Notes: generated from the sequence alone by a model not told the origin. DNA of 45,026 bases from Chiloscyllium plagiosum (GCF_004010195.1 NC_057719.1:7193060-7238085), one strand, 5' to 3'. Shown: positions 22,911 through 34,556, counted from the stretch's first letter. Translations and numbers: made by a program.

Positions 22911-23494
22911 ACTACTGCAGAGAGAGAAACTGAGTTAATGATGCAGACACAGAACTTACTTCAGATCTGTAAAGGTGTTGTTTGAAGTATTAATATCGTC
23001 AGAACATACATTGCTTTGTATTGCTGTTCTTGGCCTCTCTTGCATGTTATAATCAAACTATTTTAAAATTTTAGTAAGTTTAGAATTTGGAAACTTCATG
23101 CTTAATTGTGAAAAGGCCAATTGCAGTTTGTAGAAAATCTAAAGGTGCCTCTTGTTTTGTTTTTCTATTGTGAAATTATTTAATGTATTTTGTGTATTAA
23201 TTTGTGATATTTTCAGGTATTTAATTTTACTGTTGAGCATGTATATCATATAAATAGACTTCACACCATAGTTTGTATAAATGTTGGGAAGTGTTGGAGT
23301 AAACTGACTTAATGTCATTTCAATTTGAAGCTATTTAATAGTGATCTGAGAGAATGTTTCATTGTCCAATAATTTTTTTAAACTAAAATTTTGTTTTGGG
23401 TGTTAAGGGGAAATAATGATAGATCAAAGCTGCAGTGTGTGAAGTACATAATACAGTTGTAATCTTTGTTGAGCTAAACTGTTAATGGACACTG

Positions 23495-23585
23495 CTGAAA
23501 ATGTGTTGCTGGAAAAGCGCAGCAGGTCAGGCAGCATCCAGGGAACAGGAGAATCGACGTTTCGGGCATAAGCCCTTCTTCAGGA
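23495..23585 (-). mobile_element. Solo Penelope family 1 pLTR (91 bp) with an intact hammerhead-like core
   Basis: Exact 11-bp TSD AATGGACACTG (23484-23494, 23586-23596). Minus strand CTGAAGA-AGGGC TTAT GCCC-GAAACGTC at 23583-23556. Confidence 0.92.
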
Positions 23586-24665
23586 AATGGACACTGTCTT
23601 TTGTCACCAGGTTTATTTATTAGATGTCCGGTATTTACTGAAAGAAAGTACACTTCAACTGGCATGTTGCTTCTGTGACATTCTTCATTTTTTTGCTGCA
23701 AATCCTTCTACCAATGGCCTGTAACTGGCCAAATTCTAATTGAACAGCTCAAAACGTTCTCTTCAGCTCTCACCAAGATTTGGAGTAACAAACCCTTAAG
23801 TGTTCTTGGATGTTCTTTCATATTTCAGATTGACATTTCACACATTCATTATTATCCATTTGCTCAGAGTTGAGCAGCAGAACGACCCCCTTGGTGGTGT
23901 GTGTTTACATGTTGGAGCATTACACAATAACATTATGTAAATGAGCAAAATGTGTATTAAACTCCAAACATTAACAGCCGTAGTGACTCATTTAGTAATA
24001 TCTCAGTAATTCAATATTGTAGATTTCAAATATATCTTCAAATCTGATTGTTTTTATTTCACCTAAAAGGAAGAGCTGGAATGAGTTGGTGTAGATTTCA
24101 AATATTTTGCTTGAAAAAAAGTCAGTGAGGAAAGGTTAAATTGCCAAATGTTTTCAACTTGTTCCAGTCTGGTATACATTGCCAGAACGGATGGGGGGTG
24201 GAGAGATTAAATGGGAAGATTAAATGGGAAATTAAATAATGGCTGAAAAGGAAATAAATTGCAGCATTGATTGGCTAACACATTAATGGAGGTGACACGA
24301 GCATGATGGCATGATATGTGATTTTATCATTTTGGAAAACAGCCATATTTTCTTCAATGGAGTCTATTGGTAATAGGATTCCTGGAGGAAAGGGGTTAAC
24401 CATTTTGAATCTAAACAAGGAATGTTATTTGTTGTTCATGGTAGAATATCTCTATGAAGTCTGTTTAGTAAAATAAATTGAAATTCAAGATACTGCTAGC
24501 AGTTAGAAATAAATAATGGAAACAAGCCTGGACAAAATACTGCATTGCAATGTAAAATGGAAGCATGGGATATTCTGTCTATTTTTTTTCCCCTTCTTGC
24601 TTGTATATCCACTTTCAGAGACCAGCACAAAACTCTTGTGACTTAACTCTTTAAAATGTGATAAT

Positions 24666-25972
24666 TGTTATGGACCAGAGCAAGGTCGTAACTTTTATCT
24701 TATTTAAAGGCAAGTTTGAGGTGCTGTGTTCCAGGTGTGATTGGATTGGTTACACTGCTCGTCTTTAAGCAAAACACACTTTACTTTTGCCCTATAGCTA
24801 AAATGAAAACAAAAGAAAGGAATTGAAATAACTTAACTTTATTGGAAAACGTAATTGAAAAATAGATTATTTAACTACTAAACAGCAATTGTTCCAATAT
24901 AGTAACATCCCATAAACACACCCTTGGCAAAGGTGAAGCCATGGAGTCATAGTCATACAGCACGGAAATAGACCCTTCGCTCCAACTCATTTGCATTAAC
25001 CAGACACCCCAACTGAACAGGATACTGATTAAGGATGATCAGCCATGATCATATTGAATGGTGGTGCAGGCTCGAAGGGCAGAATGGCCTACTCCTGCAT
25101 CTGTTGTCTATAACATTTGGCCCAATGCATCCATGGCAACCAGTTTTCCTAAATTAATCCCTTCCCATTTGCCAGTAAATGGCCCATATCCCTCTAATCC
25201 CTTCCCATTCATATACTCATTCAGATGCTCTGTAAATGTTGTAATTGTATCAGCCTCCACCACCCCCTCTGGCAATTCAATCCATACACACGCCACCCAC
25301 TGCATGAAAAAGTTACCCCTCACATCCTTTTTGAATCTTTCTCCTCTTACCTTAACCTTATGCCCCTCTAGGCTTGGACTCCTCCACACTGGGGAAGAAG
25401 AAAAAACCTTATTCTTTCACCCTATCCATGCTCCTCATGATTTTATAAACCTCTATAAGATCACCCCTCATTCTCCAAAGTGCCAGGAGAAAATGCCCCA
25501 GCCTGTCCAGCCTCTCCTTATAACTCAAAAGTTCCAGCAACATCCTTGTAAATCATTTCTGCACTCCCTCAAGTTTAACAATATCTTTCCGATAGCATGA
25601 TGACCAGAATTGTACACAGTATTCAAAAAGTGGCCTCACCAATATCTTTTACGACTGCAAGGTGATGTCACGAGTCGTTGAAATAGATTGTCTCCCATGT
25701 GATTCTGGGTGAGAGAGAGAGTGTAGTAGGGAGAGTGAGAGTTTCCACTGCCAACTTCCAAATCCAAAAACTACTGAAAGCTAAACTAAAACCCCTGACT
25801 CCACCCATTCATGTAGCTTCCATTGTTCCAACGTTTTCTTTTAAAAACCCCAAGGCACCTCAAGCTGTTTACATTATTGGCTTGGAACAGACCACTCCTT
25901 ACCTCTATCTCAATCTCTCTTTAAAATAAGCCAGGACAAAGTGCACCTGTTTAAATCCAGAATAGCATTACA
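24666..25972 (-). mobile_element. Solo LTR (Gypsy-like), split by CR1 insertions
   Basis: Termini TGTTATG...CATTACA and a 4-bp TSD TAAT (24662-24665, 25973-25976). About 580 bp remains after removing CR1. The strand is inferred from an AGTAAA poly(A)-like signal near 24780. Confidence 0.65.
24944..25669 (-). mobile_element. CR1 LINE 3' fragments inside the LTR, with a + strand CR1 3' tail at 25015-25111
   Basis: GHKVKVRGERFKKDVRGNFFMQWVACVWIELPEGVVEA ORF. 25015-25111 matches the reverse complement of 44097-44195. Confidence 0.9.
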
Positions 25973-26559
25973 TAATTAAAAAGTCTTGACCTGTTGAAAT
26001 GGTGAAACAAATGGTCAAGCAGTAAGTTGAGTAAACTGGACAGTCTGCATCTTTTTTTTTGCATCATAGTTTTTAATTGTTTTGGTAGATCTTGCAGACA
26101 CTTTTTTTCGAAAAAGTTTCTGCTTTTATTCTGGGTGAGACTGGTGAAACTTATTCACCACACTAAGGACCAGTTTTTACCATTTAACTGGTATTATACT
26201 TGTGAAGATTTATGTCTGCAGTAAAAGCATAGAAAAGCAGAGCTACTGAATTCCGAAAGGAAACTTTTATTTTCCATTATTCCAGTCGCCAGAATTTGAC
26301 CAGACTACAACTCCTTGAGGAAGAATAAATTCTGTTCTCAATCTAAATGCTGTTGCTAATTTTCCACAATATAAAATGGGTTCATTATGACTTGTTTTTA
26401 CTTTGTGGTTTCTGGGAACACTAAATTTGGCATGAATGTCAGTCCACTGAGAATATTGATATTTCAACTATAATTATACCATAACGTAGTATTATGCACT
26501 ACAAGCTCCAAGTAAAAGGGAATAAAAAATCAGTTTAAAACCTGTGGCCCCAAATGGGT

Positions 26560-26810
26560 TATCTGGTCCAAATTGCCCTTGCTTGCTTGTAAACCTGATG
26601 TCCCAGCCTCTCCCAATATTACTGCCATCCAAGATCTGTATGCTCCAGTCGGGCCTCTGGTCTATCCTTAGTTTCTTTCGTTCCTCCAAGGCAGCAGAAA
26701 GTATTATTGAAGTTTGTAAATTCCCTCTCTAAACCTCTTCTGGCTCTATGCCCCTCTTCTTTCATTCAAGTTCCTCCTCAACACATCTTTAACATTTTTT
26801 TAGTCAGATC
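26560..26810 (+). mobile_element. Decayed L2-type LINE 3' fragment
   Basis: AATTCCCTCTCTAAACCTCTT...TTCATTCAAGTTCCTCCTCAAACACATCTTT resembles the L2 C-terminal NSLP..LR...SFK..LKT.LF motif. Confidence 0.45.
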
Positions 26811-27233
26811 TCCAACATAAAGGCTGCATAATTGCAAGTTATTGTAGCCGCATGTGAAAGCCATTTGTGGTTCATTTGCTTGAGTTTACTGCTTCATGCT
26901 TGCTGACTGGTATCTGTGACACTCAACAGGTGTATTATTAGATGTTGGAATTTAATCTCGTTTTTGTTCAGTAAATAGTAATTCAAATTAAAGTGAAGAA
27001 AGCAGATATGCATGAAGGTCTAAAAACTTTAAAATATCATTATACCTTCAAAATTACTCCTCTTTGCAACCATCTACAGAGTGACTTTAACCTCTGGCTT
27101 GTCTGCTGCCAGTGGAAGTGTTTGGAAGTACAAGCTTTCAGAGTGCTGTTCCTTTGTCAGCGAATTACCTGACAAAGGAAAAGCGCTCCGAAAGCTTGTA
27201 CTTCCAAATTAACCTGTTAGACTATAAGCTGGT

Positions 27234-27327
27234 TTTCCTGATGAACGGCTTTTGTCCGAAACATCGATTTTCCTGCTCCTCAGATGCTGCCCGACCTGTT
27301 GTGCTTTTCCAGCTCCACTCTAATCTT
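27234..27327 (+). mobile_element. Solo Penelope family 1 pLTR nested in the family 3 element
   Basis: Exact 14-bp TSD GACTATAAGCTGGT (27220-27233, 27328-27341); CTGATGA at 27238-27244 and GAAA at 27258-27261. Confidence 0.9.
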
Positions 27328-27348
27328 GACTATAAGCTGGTGTTATAG

Positions 27349-28158
27349 TGTCAGAGAGTCATAGAGCTGTACAGCACGGAAACTGACCCTTCGGTCCAAC
27401 TCATCCATGCCGACCACATATCCCGACTTAATCTAGTCCCACTTGCCAGTACCTGGCCCATATCCCTCCAAACCCTTCCTATTCATATACATCCATATGT
27501 CTTTTAAATGTTGCAATTGTACTAGCGTCCACCACTTCCTCTGGCAGCTCATTCCATACACGTACCACCCTCTGAGTGAAAAGGTTGCCCCTTAGGTCTC
27601 TCTTATATCTTTTCCCTCTCACCCTAAACCTATGCCCTCTAGTTCTGGACTACCCCACCCCAGGGAAAAGACTTTATCTATATATCCTATCCATGCCCCT
27701 CATGATTTTATAAGCCTCTCGAAGGTCACCTCTCAGCCTTCGACACATCAGGGAAAACAATTCAATCTCTCCCTATAGCTCAAATCCTCCAACCCTTGTA
27801 AATCTTTTCTGAACCCTTTCAAGTTTCACAACATCTTTCCGATAGGAAGGAGACCAGAATTGCATGCAATATTTATGGGCCAATGGGCTGAGAAGTAGCA
27901 GATGGAGTTTAATTTAGATAAATGTCAGGTGCTGCATTTTGGGAAAGCAAATCTTAGCAGGACTTGTACACTTAATGGTAAGGTCCTCGGGAGTTTTGCT
28001 GAACAAAGAGACCTTGGAATGCAGGTTCATAGCTCCTTGAAAGTGGAGTCGCAGGAAGATAGGATAGTGAAGAAGGCGTTTGATATGCTTTCCTTTATTG
28101 GTCAGAGTATTGAGTACAGGATTTGGGAGGTCATGTTGCGGCTGTACAGGTCATTAGT
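27349..28158 (-). mobile_element. CR1 LINE with an inverted 5' segment (27875-28158 on +)
   Basis: The minus part runs from the 3' end up to the YCMQFW codons. The plus part encodes MEFNLDKCQVLHFG...VMLRLYRSL, the adjacent upstream RT sequence. Confidence 0.9.
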
Positions 28159-28859
28159 GTTGTGTGATTTTTAACTTTGTCCACCCTAGTCCAACACTGG
28201 CACTTCCCATATCTATTGTTGGGCGATATTGCAAACATGGCTTTTAAATTTGGGAAGTCAGTGGGTAGGTGCTGGTGGATGGAATCAAGTTTTAGTTCAC
28301 ACTAACATCACGAGGCAAATTATCACTTGTTTAAAATTGTTAGTTAAATTAACTTGGATGTAGAATCTTTTCATTTATAATCAAGTTTATTTTTTTAAAA
28401 AAACTACACCTTGCTGAAGGCAACTGTATTAACATGTGAGCAAATGTTACAATTGAGGAACATCAATATTTCAAATAGCTGTGCGCGTAACTGCTTTGGA
28501 ATAGTTCAAATCACGAGTGGAGAATTATACTGCATTTGCACCTTGCTTTCTGGTCAGAAGCAGTAGAGCTCACATATTTCAGTTACATATCCAAACATAA
28601 CTCTTTCTCATCCAGTTACCATTGCAGGAAATTGCTGTTTGAGAGCTCTATCTTCATTAGCTTTGGAAGTTCCCTTTGTCCTGGTAACCATTATGCAGTT
28701 ATACTTGAGTTTGATCCAGATATGAAAACTTGTTGCATTGTTACCCCACAATTTTATGTTGTATTATGAAAATGAAGCACTTCAACTTGAAATGTTGATA
28801 TATTACTGTATTAATTAATTAAACCTTTTATCTTTTTTCATGTTATTGCATATCTGTAC

Positions 28860-29190
28860 AAAAGCAAAATACCGAAGATGGTCGAAATCTGAAATTTTTT
28901 AAAAGTGCTGGAAAACCTTGTTGTTTCTCTCCATAGTTGCTGGCTGACAGAGTTAACAATTCAAGTTGATTGAAGGTCACTTGACCAGAAATGCTACAGA
29001 AAGCAGAAGCTTTCTGACATGCTGAGTTTTTCCAGCATTAAAATTAAACCTTGTTTTTGCATGCTCTTTCTGCCTATAAAACCTCACTGCCTGCTGTTGC
29101 ATTTTTGTAGACAAACAGGAGGCTGGAAGAACACAACAAGTCAGGCAGTATCAGGAGATGGAGAAGTCACCGTTTCAGGTGTTAAGCTTT
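28860..29190. mobile_element. Cluster of decayed PLE pLTR remnants
   Basis: GAAATCTGAAA..GTGCTGGAAAA is mirrored by GCTGAGTTTTTCCAGCA; also CAGAGTTAAC and GCTGGAAGAACACAACAAGTCAGGCAG motifs. Confidence 0.55.
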
Positions 29191-29443
29191 TTGTAGTAAC
29201 CTTTATAATGGACTGATTGTACACCTTCTGTCATATGTGGTTGTTTTAAAGTACATTGGTTTTGCACTGTCCAGTTTTTCAGTACTGTGGAGAACCTCGT
29301 AAAATCCAACAATCTCTGTCCCACAAATTGATTATTTTACATTGAATTCAAAATGCAAAGTATTACCTTAAAAGAAGAGAATTTAGTTTAGAATGGGAAT
29401 TGAATTACTGATTTATGATGTGCTTTTACCCTGTAGCTGAAGA

Positions 29444-29698
29444 CTCAAAATGTGTGACGCTGGAAAAGCATAGTTTACCTTTTCTTCAGTATCTGTTTTC
29501 AGGATGGCATGGAATGTCTTTTCATCTCGAGAGAAAACTGAATAGGGAACTATAGTTTCAGCTGCCACAGCTGATTCCATCAGAAGAGCTCATGTTCGCA
29601 ACCTCAATTGCCCTGCTGCTCGGATGCTGCCTGACCAGCTGTGCTTTTCCAGTGCCATACTTTTTGACTGATATCCAGCATCTGCAGTCCTCGTTTCT
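29444..29698 (+). mobile_element. Penelope family 1 inverted-pLTR insertion carrying captured local DNA
   Basis: Exact 14-bp TSD CCTGTAGCTGAAGA (29430-29443, 29699-29712). Short inverted arm 29444-29470, filler 29471-29581 matching 30631-30740, then a pLTR with tail. Confidence 0.9.
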
Positions 29699-32439
29699 CC
29701 TGTAGCTGAAGATTGCCATGTTACTACCTGACACACCTTTGGCATGGCACAGAAAATAAACTGATATTAGAACAAAATGTACTCATTGTATGTGAAAATA
29801 AGGCAGATACGTTGTAACGTGGAGATGAAAATCTGCAAGCACTTCTCAAAGTTAGAAAAGCTCATTTAAATACATATTTTATCTGGATCTCCTCAATTAA
29901 ACAAGGAATCTTATTTTATGTTTGCAGTATTAAAATACGTTTATAATTCTCAACTAAGGTCTGAGCATTGTTTCTTGTTTGAGTTATTCTGATGCTAACT
30001 GCATCAATTGCAACAAAATGACCGCATCTCACTGGATGTGGAAAATTACGCAATAGCCTACTTTGCTTGTAATTTCAACATTTTGGGGGTTATTGTCCTG
30101 TTGGGTTTTTAATTTTCTTCAAAACTTAAAAGTGCCAGATATGTTACGTGATTCAGCAGTGTCCTTGTACAGCTGTCATAAACAGTGTGGTCAGGTTTCT
30201 GAAAGCCAGACTCCAAGTTCTTTTGTAACTGTGTCAATAGGATCTTTTTCCTACTTTTAAAAAAAAAACAGTCACAAAACCTTTTGAAAGTTGGATTTCT
30301 TTTATCACTTTTTATTTGGGAACATTCACTTTCTAAAACAAAGCTCAGTGAACCGAGCGAGTGAAAGATTAAACATGAAAGGTTGGTTCTGAGTAGCAAT
30401 TTGTTATGCAGCCATCAGCTTACAGCAGTTATCTGATCTCCTAATGTACTTAAGTTTGAAAAAAAGGCTTTGCATGACAGCAGTGCTATAGCACTCCTTG
30501 TGGATCACCATGCAAAAGTTCTTCTCGCAAAGCCCCAAAATCTTCAGCTTCTCTATCTACATAAGCAAGTCTCATTGTCTGCAAAGGACTGAGGACAGAT
30601 TATCTAGTGCACTACTGGGACTCGTCCCTGTAGTTTACCTTTTCTTCAGTATCTGTTTTCAGGATGGCATGGAATGTCGTTTCATCTCGAGATAAAATGA
30701 ATAGGGAGCTATAGTTTCAGCTGCCACGGCTGATTCCATCCTACCACTATCAGGATAGCTGATTGTAAACAGCGCAGTGGTCTCTTAATGGGAGCCAGTA
30801 ATGATGCAGATGTGCCATCTGTGGCCTCCCACAGGCTGTATTGGCCTCTTTGTTGCCTTCCTTGTTAATGATTATTTCTATATTAATTCAATTTTCACAC
30901 AGAAGACTGAACATATTTTCACTTATGTACATATGTATATTTTTAAAATCTGCTGAAGTTTAAAATGACAGCTGTTCTATGTATACAGTAGAAGATTATC
31001 ATATGATCTGAGAAAACAATGATTAAAGCCCATTGACTACATTTTTATATACTGTGAAAACTGGAGTGCTGCATTAGATATCCGTAATAGGAATTAAGAT
31101 ATGATGTAACCCTCCTTCTATCCCTTCCAAGCATAAAGTCACTTAGTTAAGAGATTCATTTCCTTATTTGGGTTACATGATATTTTCAGTCTCCCATGAT
31201 ATTGAGAGATTTAAATCTAAAATCTGTGAAATAAGGTACTCTACAGTATTCTGTTTTTAAAAAGGGGGGCTAATTCCATAAGATGGTCAGTAAGCAGAAG
31301 CAAACTCATTCACTAGAGCCCCTGAAATATAATGTACATTTCCATTACTTTAGGTCATGTGCTAGTGAGGAGTGCAGTTTTTCGATCTGCCTGCAACCCC
31401 CACTATTTTCTCAGTCCATGGAATGAAGCTTACAGCTGCTTGTGTCCTGCTGCGCCTTTCATGAATGCCAAGCTGTATGCACAATGGCTGTAATTGGCTT
31501 GTAGTTGCTGTTTAGTTTCCTCACAATCATTCTGGCTTGTGGTTGCTAGGGTATGCAGGTAAATCTGACAGGAACAACGGCAAGTTTCCTGATTGTATAC
31601 ATGATGATTAACCTCATGTTAGGAGTGTCCAGGTTCATGGGATAAAACTACTGGCCTTGGATTTTCTTTAATAAGAATCATTGGTGGCCTGTCAATGATA
31701 GAAGGTACGGTGCATGACAGCTGGATAATCTTATTTATAAGTATGGTAGCTTCTGCTCAAGACAGTAAGATTTTTCAATTTATTCAATTTCTTCTGAAGG
31801 GTGGATGCAAGGAGGCTAAATTTCTTTAATTCTATAAACAATAATAGCTTGCATAATGACTACAAGCAAATGTTTTCATTAGTCTTTAATCCTTTAGCAC
31901 TGGTGTTCCACCATTTTAACACATGAAAGCATATTTTTCTCTGGCATGGTCAGTGCAGTATGATATTTGACCCAGGAAAACAAAATGCTCAGGGATTAAC
32001 TCAAGCCAACAATCTGCTAGATTGATGACCTGACAAGAGTCCACTTTCCAACCATTGCTGACCACGTGTTCAGTCAATGTGATGTTTTGTGAAAACAGAT
32101 GAAGCTCACTGAGGTCACATTAAAACAGCCAGACAGAAGGTATTAAATGGTCAAATTGTAATGCGTCCTCCATATCCATGCTCATAATGTTAATAACCAT
32201 GTAATTTTTAATTATTTTCAAGTAAATTTATGTAAAATACCATGTAGATTTTACTTAGACTTAGTTCACCAAAACACATTTACCAATGAGGAAGAACGTG
32301 ATTCTGGGAGATTGGTAAATGGAGTCCACATCTATGTTTGCACTGTTGCTTTTACCTTTTTGGAGAAGGCTTGAATCCGGAACAAAGTTTTGGGTTCTGA
32401 TCTGCCTCCGTTGTCAATGTAACGTTCTGCATTGCGACA

Positions 32440-32550
32440 TGGAGACCTATAGCACAGAAACATGCTTTGGCCCAGCTCGTCCATTCTGACCAGGTTTCCA
32501 AAACTGCACCAGTTCCATTTGGTCCATATCCCTTTCACACTTTCCTATCC
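32440..32550 (-). mobile_element. CR1 3' tail fragment
   Basis: ATAGCACAGAAACATGCTTTGGCCCAGCTCGTCCAT...CCATATCCCT matches other CR1 3' ends. Confidence 0.75.
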
Positions 32551-32744
32551 ATGTCTTTGATATATGGTAAGCTGGCTAGAGTCTCTAGGTGTGTTGTGGT
32601 TTCCTGTTCAGAGAGCAAGCTTTCAACCTGATCCACATTTGAGCTGCAAATCTTCTCAAATCCCAAACACTTATGGGTGCAATACCACTCAAACTAGTCT
32701 AAAGATGGGAAACCAATGTCATCTGATTGAGCGCCACCTGCCAA

Positions 32745-33345
32745 TAACAGGAAGATGTGACATGCCCAAAGACACTATCCACGCTGCGAACATCAAAGAC
32801 ATCTCAGAGATGATGACCAATTTAAAGGACCCCATACCAACAATCAGCAGAAAGAATGCCATATACAATATACCCTGCAAGGACTGCAAAAAACACTATA
32901 TTGGACAAATGGGCAGAAAGCTAGCCACCAGGATACACATGAGCACCGAGTAGCCACCAAAAGACATGACCAGCTATCACTGATATCCATACAACAGACG
33001 AAAAGGGACACCAGTTCGACTGGGACAATACTTCCATCCTGAGACACGCTAAACAATGACATGCATGGGAATTCCTAGAGGTCTGGCATTCAAACCAGAA
33101 CTCCATTAATAAACATATTGATTTGGACTCCATTTACCAACCTCTCCAAAACAGAACGGGAAATGGTATCACCTACCACAACAAACCAAGACAAATAAAT
33201 AGCAAGCGGGACAGAATACCAACGCTTCACTGGAGGCTCACTGATGATGTTATCTAGTATGGTGAAGAAATGTCTTGAGAACAAATCTATCAGCTCAGAA
33301 AGCAAATTTACAACCTGATCAACAAATCTTTTCCAAAATCTCAAT
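32745..33345 (+). mobile_element. Penelope-like element (family 4): GIY-YIG remnant plus pLTR
   Basis: KDPIPTISRKNAIYNIPCKDCKKHYIGQMGRKLATRIH, followed by GHQFDWDNTSIL and EFLEVWHS-like motifs. A short inverted related fragment (LPYIKD) lies at 32551-32606. Confidence 0.9.
33237..33279 (+). ncRNA. Hammerhead-ribozyme-like motif of PLE family 4
   Basis: CTCA-CTGATGA-TGTTATC TAGTAT GGTGAA-GAAA-TGTC-TTGAG: both core boxes, an imperfect longer stem II, a GTC triplet and a CTCA/TGAG stem I with one extra T. Confidence 0.65.
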
Positions 33346-33640
33346 CTCAGCTCTGTCTATATTGGGAAATATTACACTGCATGAAATTTTCCATTTAATA
33401 CATTTTGGTGCTAATTTCTAATGAGTACTGTTAATGTGCTAAAATGTCACTGGTCAAATTTATACCCTGGCAGAACTGGATTGTTCATATTGTAACAGGA
33501 CACTTGTGCTTTGACTGCAAGTTTGAAATTCAGAGTCTAGGTTTAAAATATGTTGGCTATCTTTCCTAAAGCCAAACCTTGGAGAAGTCTAGGTACAGTG
33601 ACACTACTGATTGTCCCCAGCCTCTGACCACCTTATTCCA

Positions 33641-34383
33641 TCAGAAGGCACATGACACCAGGTTATAGTCTAACAGGTTTATTTAATATCTCAAGCTTTT
33701 GGAGCATTGCTCCTGACTTCACCTGATGAAGGAGCAGCACTCTGAAGTGTAGTGGACAACGAAGAGGGTTACCTCAGATTACAACAGGATCTGGACCAGA
33801 TGGGCAGAAAAGATTTACAAGGATGTTGCCAGGGTTGAAGGATTTGAGCTATAGGGAGAGGCTGAACAGGCTAGAGCTGTTTTCCCTGGAGCGTCGGAGG
33901 CTGAGGGGTGATCTTAGAGATGTTTACAAAATTATGAGGGGCATGGATCGGGTAAATAGACAAGGTCTTTTCCCTGGGGTGGGGGAGTCCGGAACTGGAG
34001 GGCATAGGTTTAGGGTGAGAGGGGAAGTATATAAAAGAGACCTAAGGGGCAACTTTCTCACGCAGAGGGTGGTACGTGTATGGAATAAGCTGCCAGAGGA
34101 ATTGGTGTAGGCTGGTACAATTGCAACATTTAAGAGGCATTTGGATGGGTATATGAATAGGAAGGATTTGGAGGGATATGGGCCGGGTGCTGGTAGGTGG
34201 GACTAGATTGGGTTGGGATATCTGGTCGGCATGGACAGGGTTGGACCGAAGGGTCTGTTTCCATGCTGTACATCTCTCTGACTCTGACTCTTGTGATTTC
34301 AAATATACCTGTTGAACTATAACCTGGTGTCATGTGACTTCTGACCTTGTCCACCCCTGTCCAACACCAGCACCTCCACATCA
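33641..34383. mobile_element. Penelope-derived inverted-repeat element (family 3) split by CR1
   Basis: CACATGACACCAGGTTATAGT..AACAGG is mirrored at ~34308-34337. The core CTGATGA (33723-33729)-AGGAGCAGCACTCT-GAA is cut at 33746. Confidence 0.85.
33747..34290 (+). mobile_element. CR1 LINE fragment with an internal deletion
   Basis: LRLQQDLDQM jumps directly to QKRFTRMLPGLKDLSYRERLNRL; intact 3' UTR and (CTCTGA)n tail. Confidence 0.92.
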
Positions 34384-34556
34384 CATTTTATTCTGTATTG
34401 GGCATTACTAGGCTCCAGAACACAACTAAAGAACACACAAACTCATTGTTCACTGCAACTCAACAGGGAGGTTTTATTCCATAGATGTGCACCCTAGAAG
34501 AGCTCAAAACAAGCTGAGAAATTTGCTTCATCAGTTTGACTCATCTCTTAAAGAGG

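Larger units (their letters stand above)
27121..28210. mobile_element. Penelope-derived inverted-repeat element (family 3), twice interrupted
   Basis: Inverted arms 27121-27160 and 27169-27208 with core CTGACAA-AGGA..AGCGCTCC-GAAAGCTT. The long arm resumes at 27328-27345 and 28157-28210; homologous to 33641-34383. Confidence 0.8.

Noticed and set aside
23882..23900. CTCF-like CCACCAAGGGGGTCG
   Set aside because: It needs a gap or several mismatches to fit the core; the same applies to CCACAGATGGCAC near 30813-30825.
25058..25600. 180-aa ORF
   Set aside because: It is a chimera of a CR1 tail and antisense CR1.
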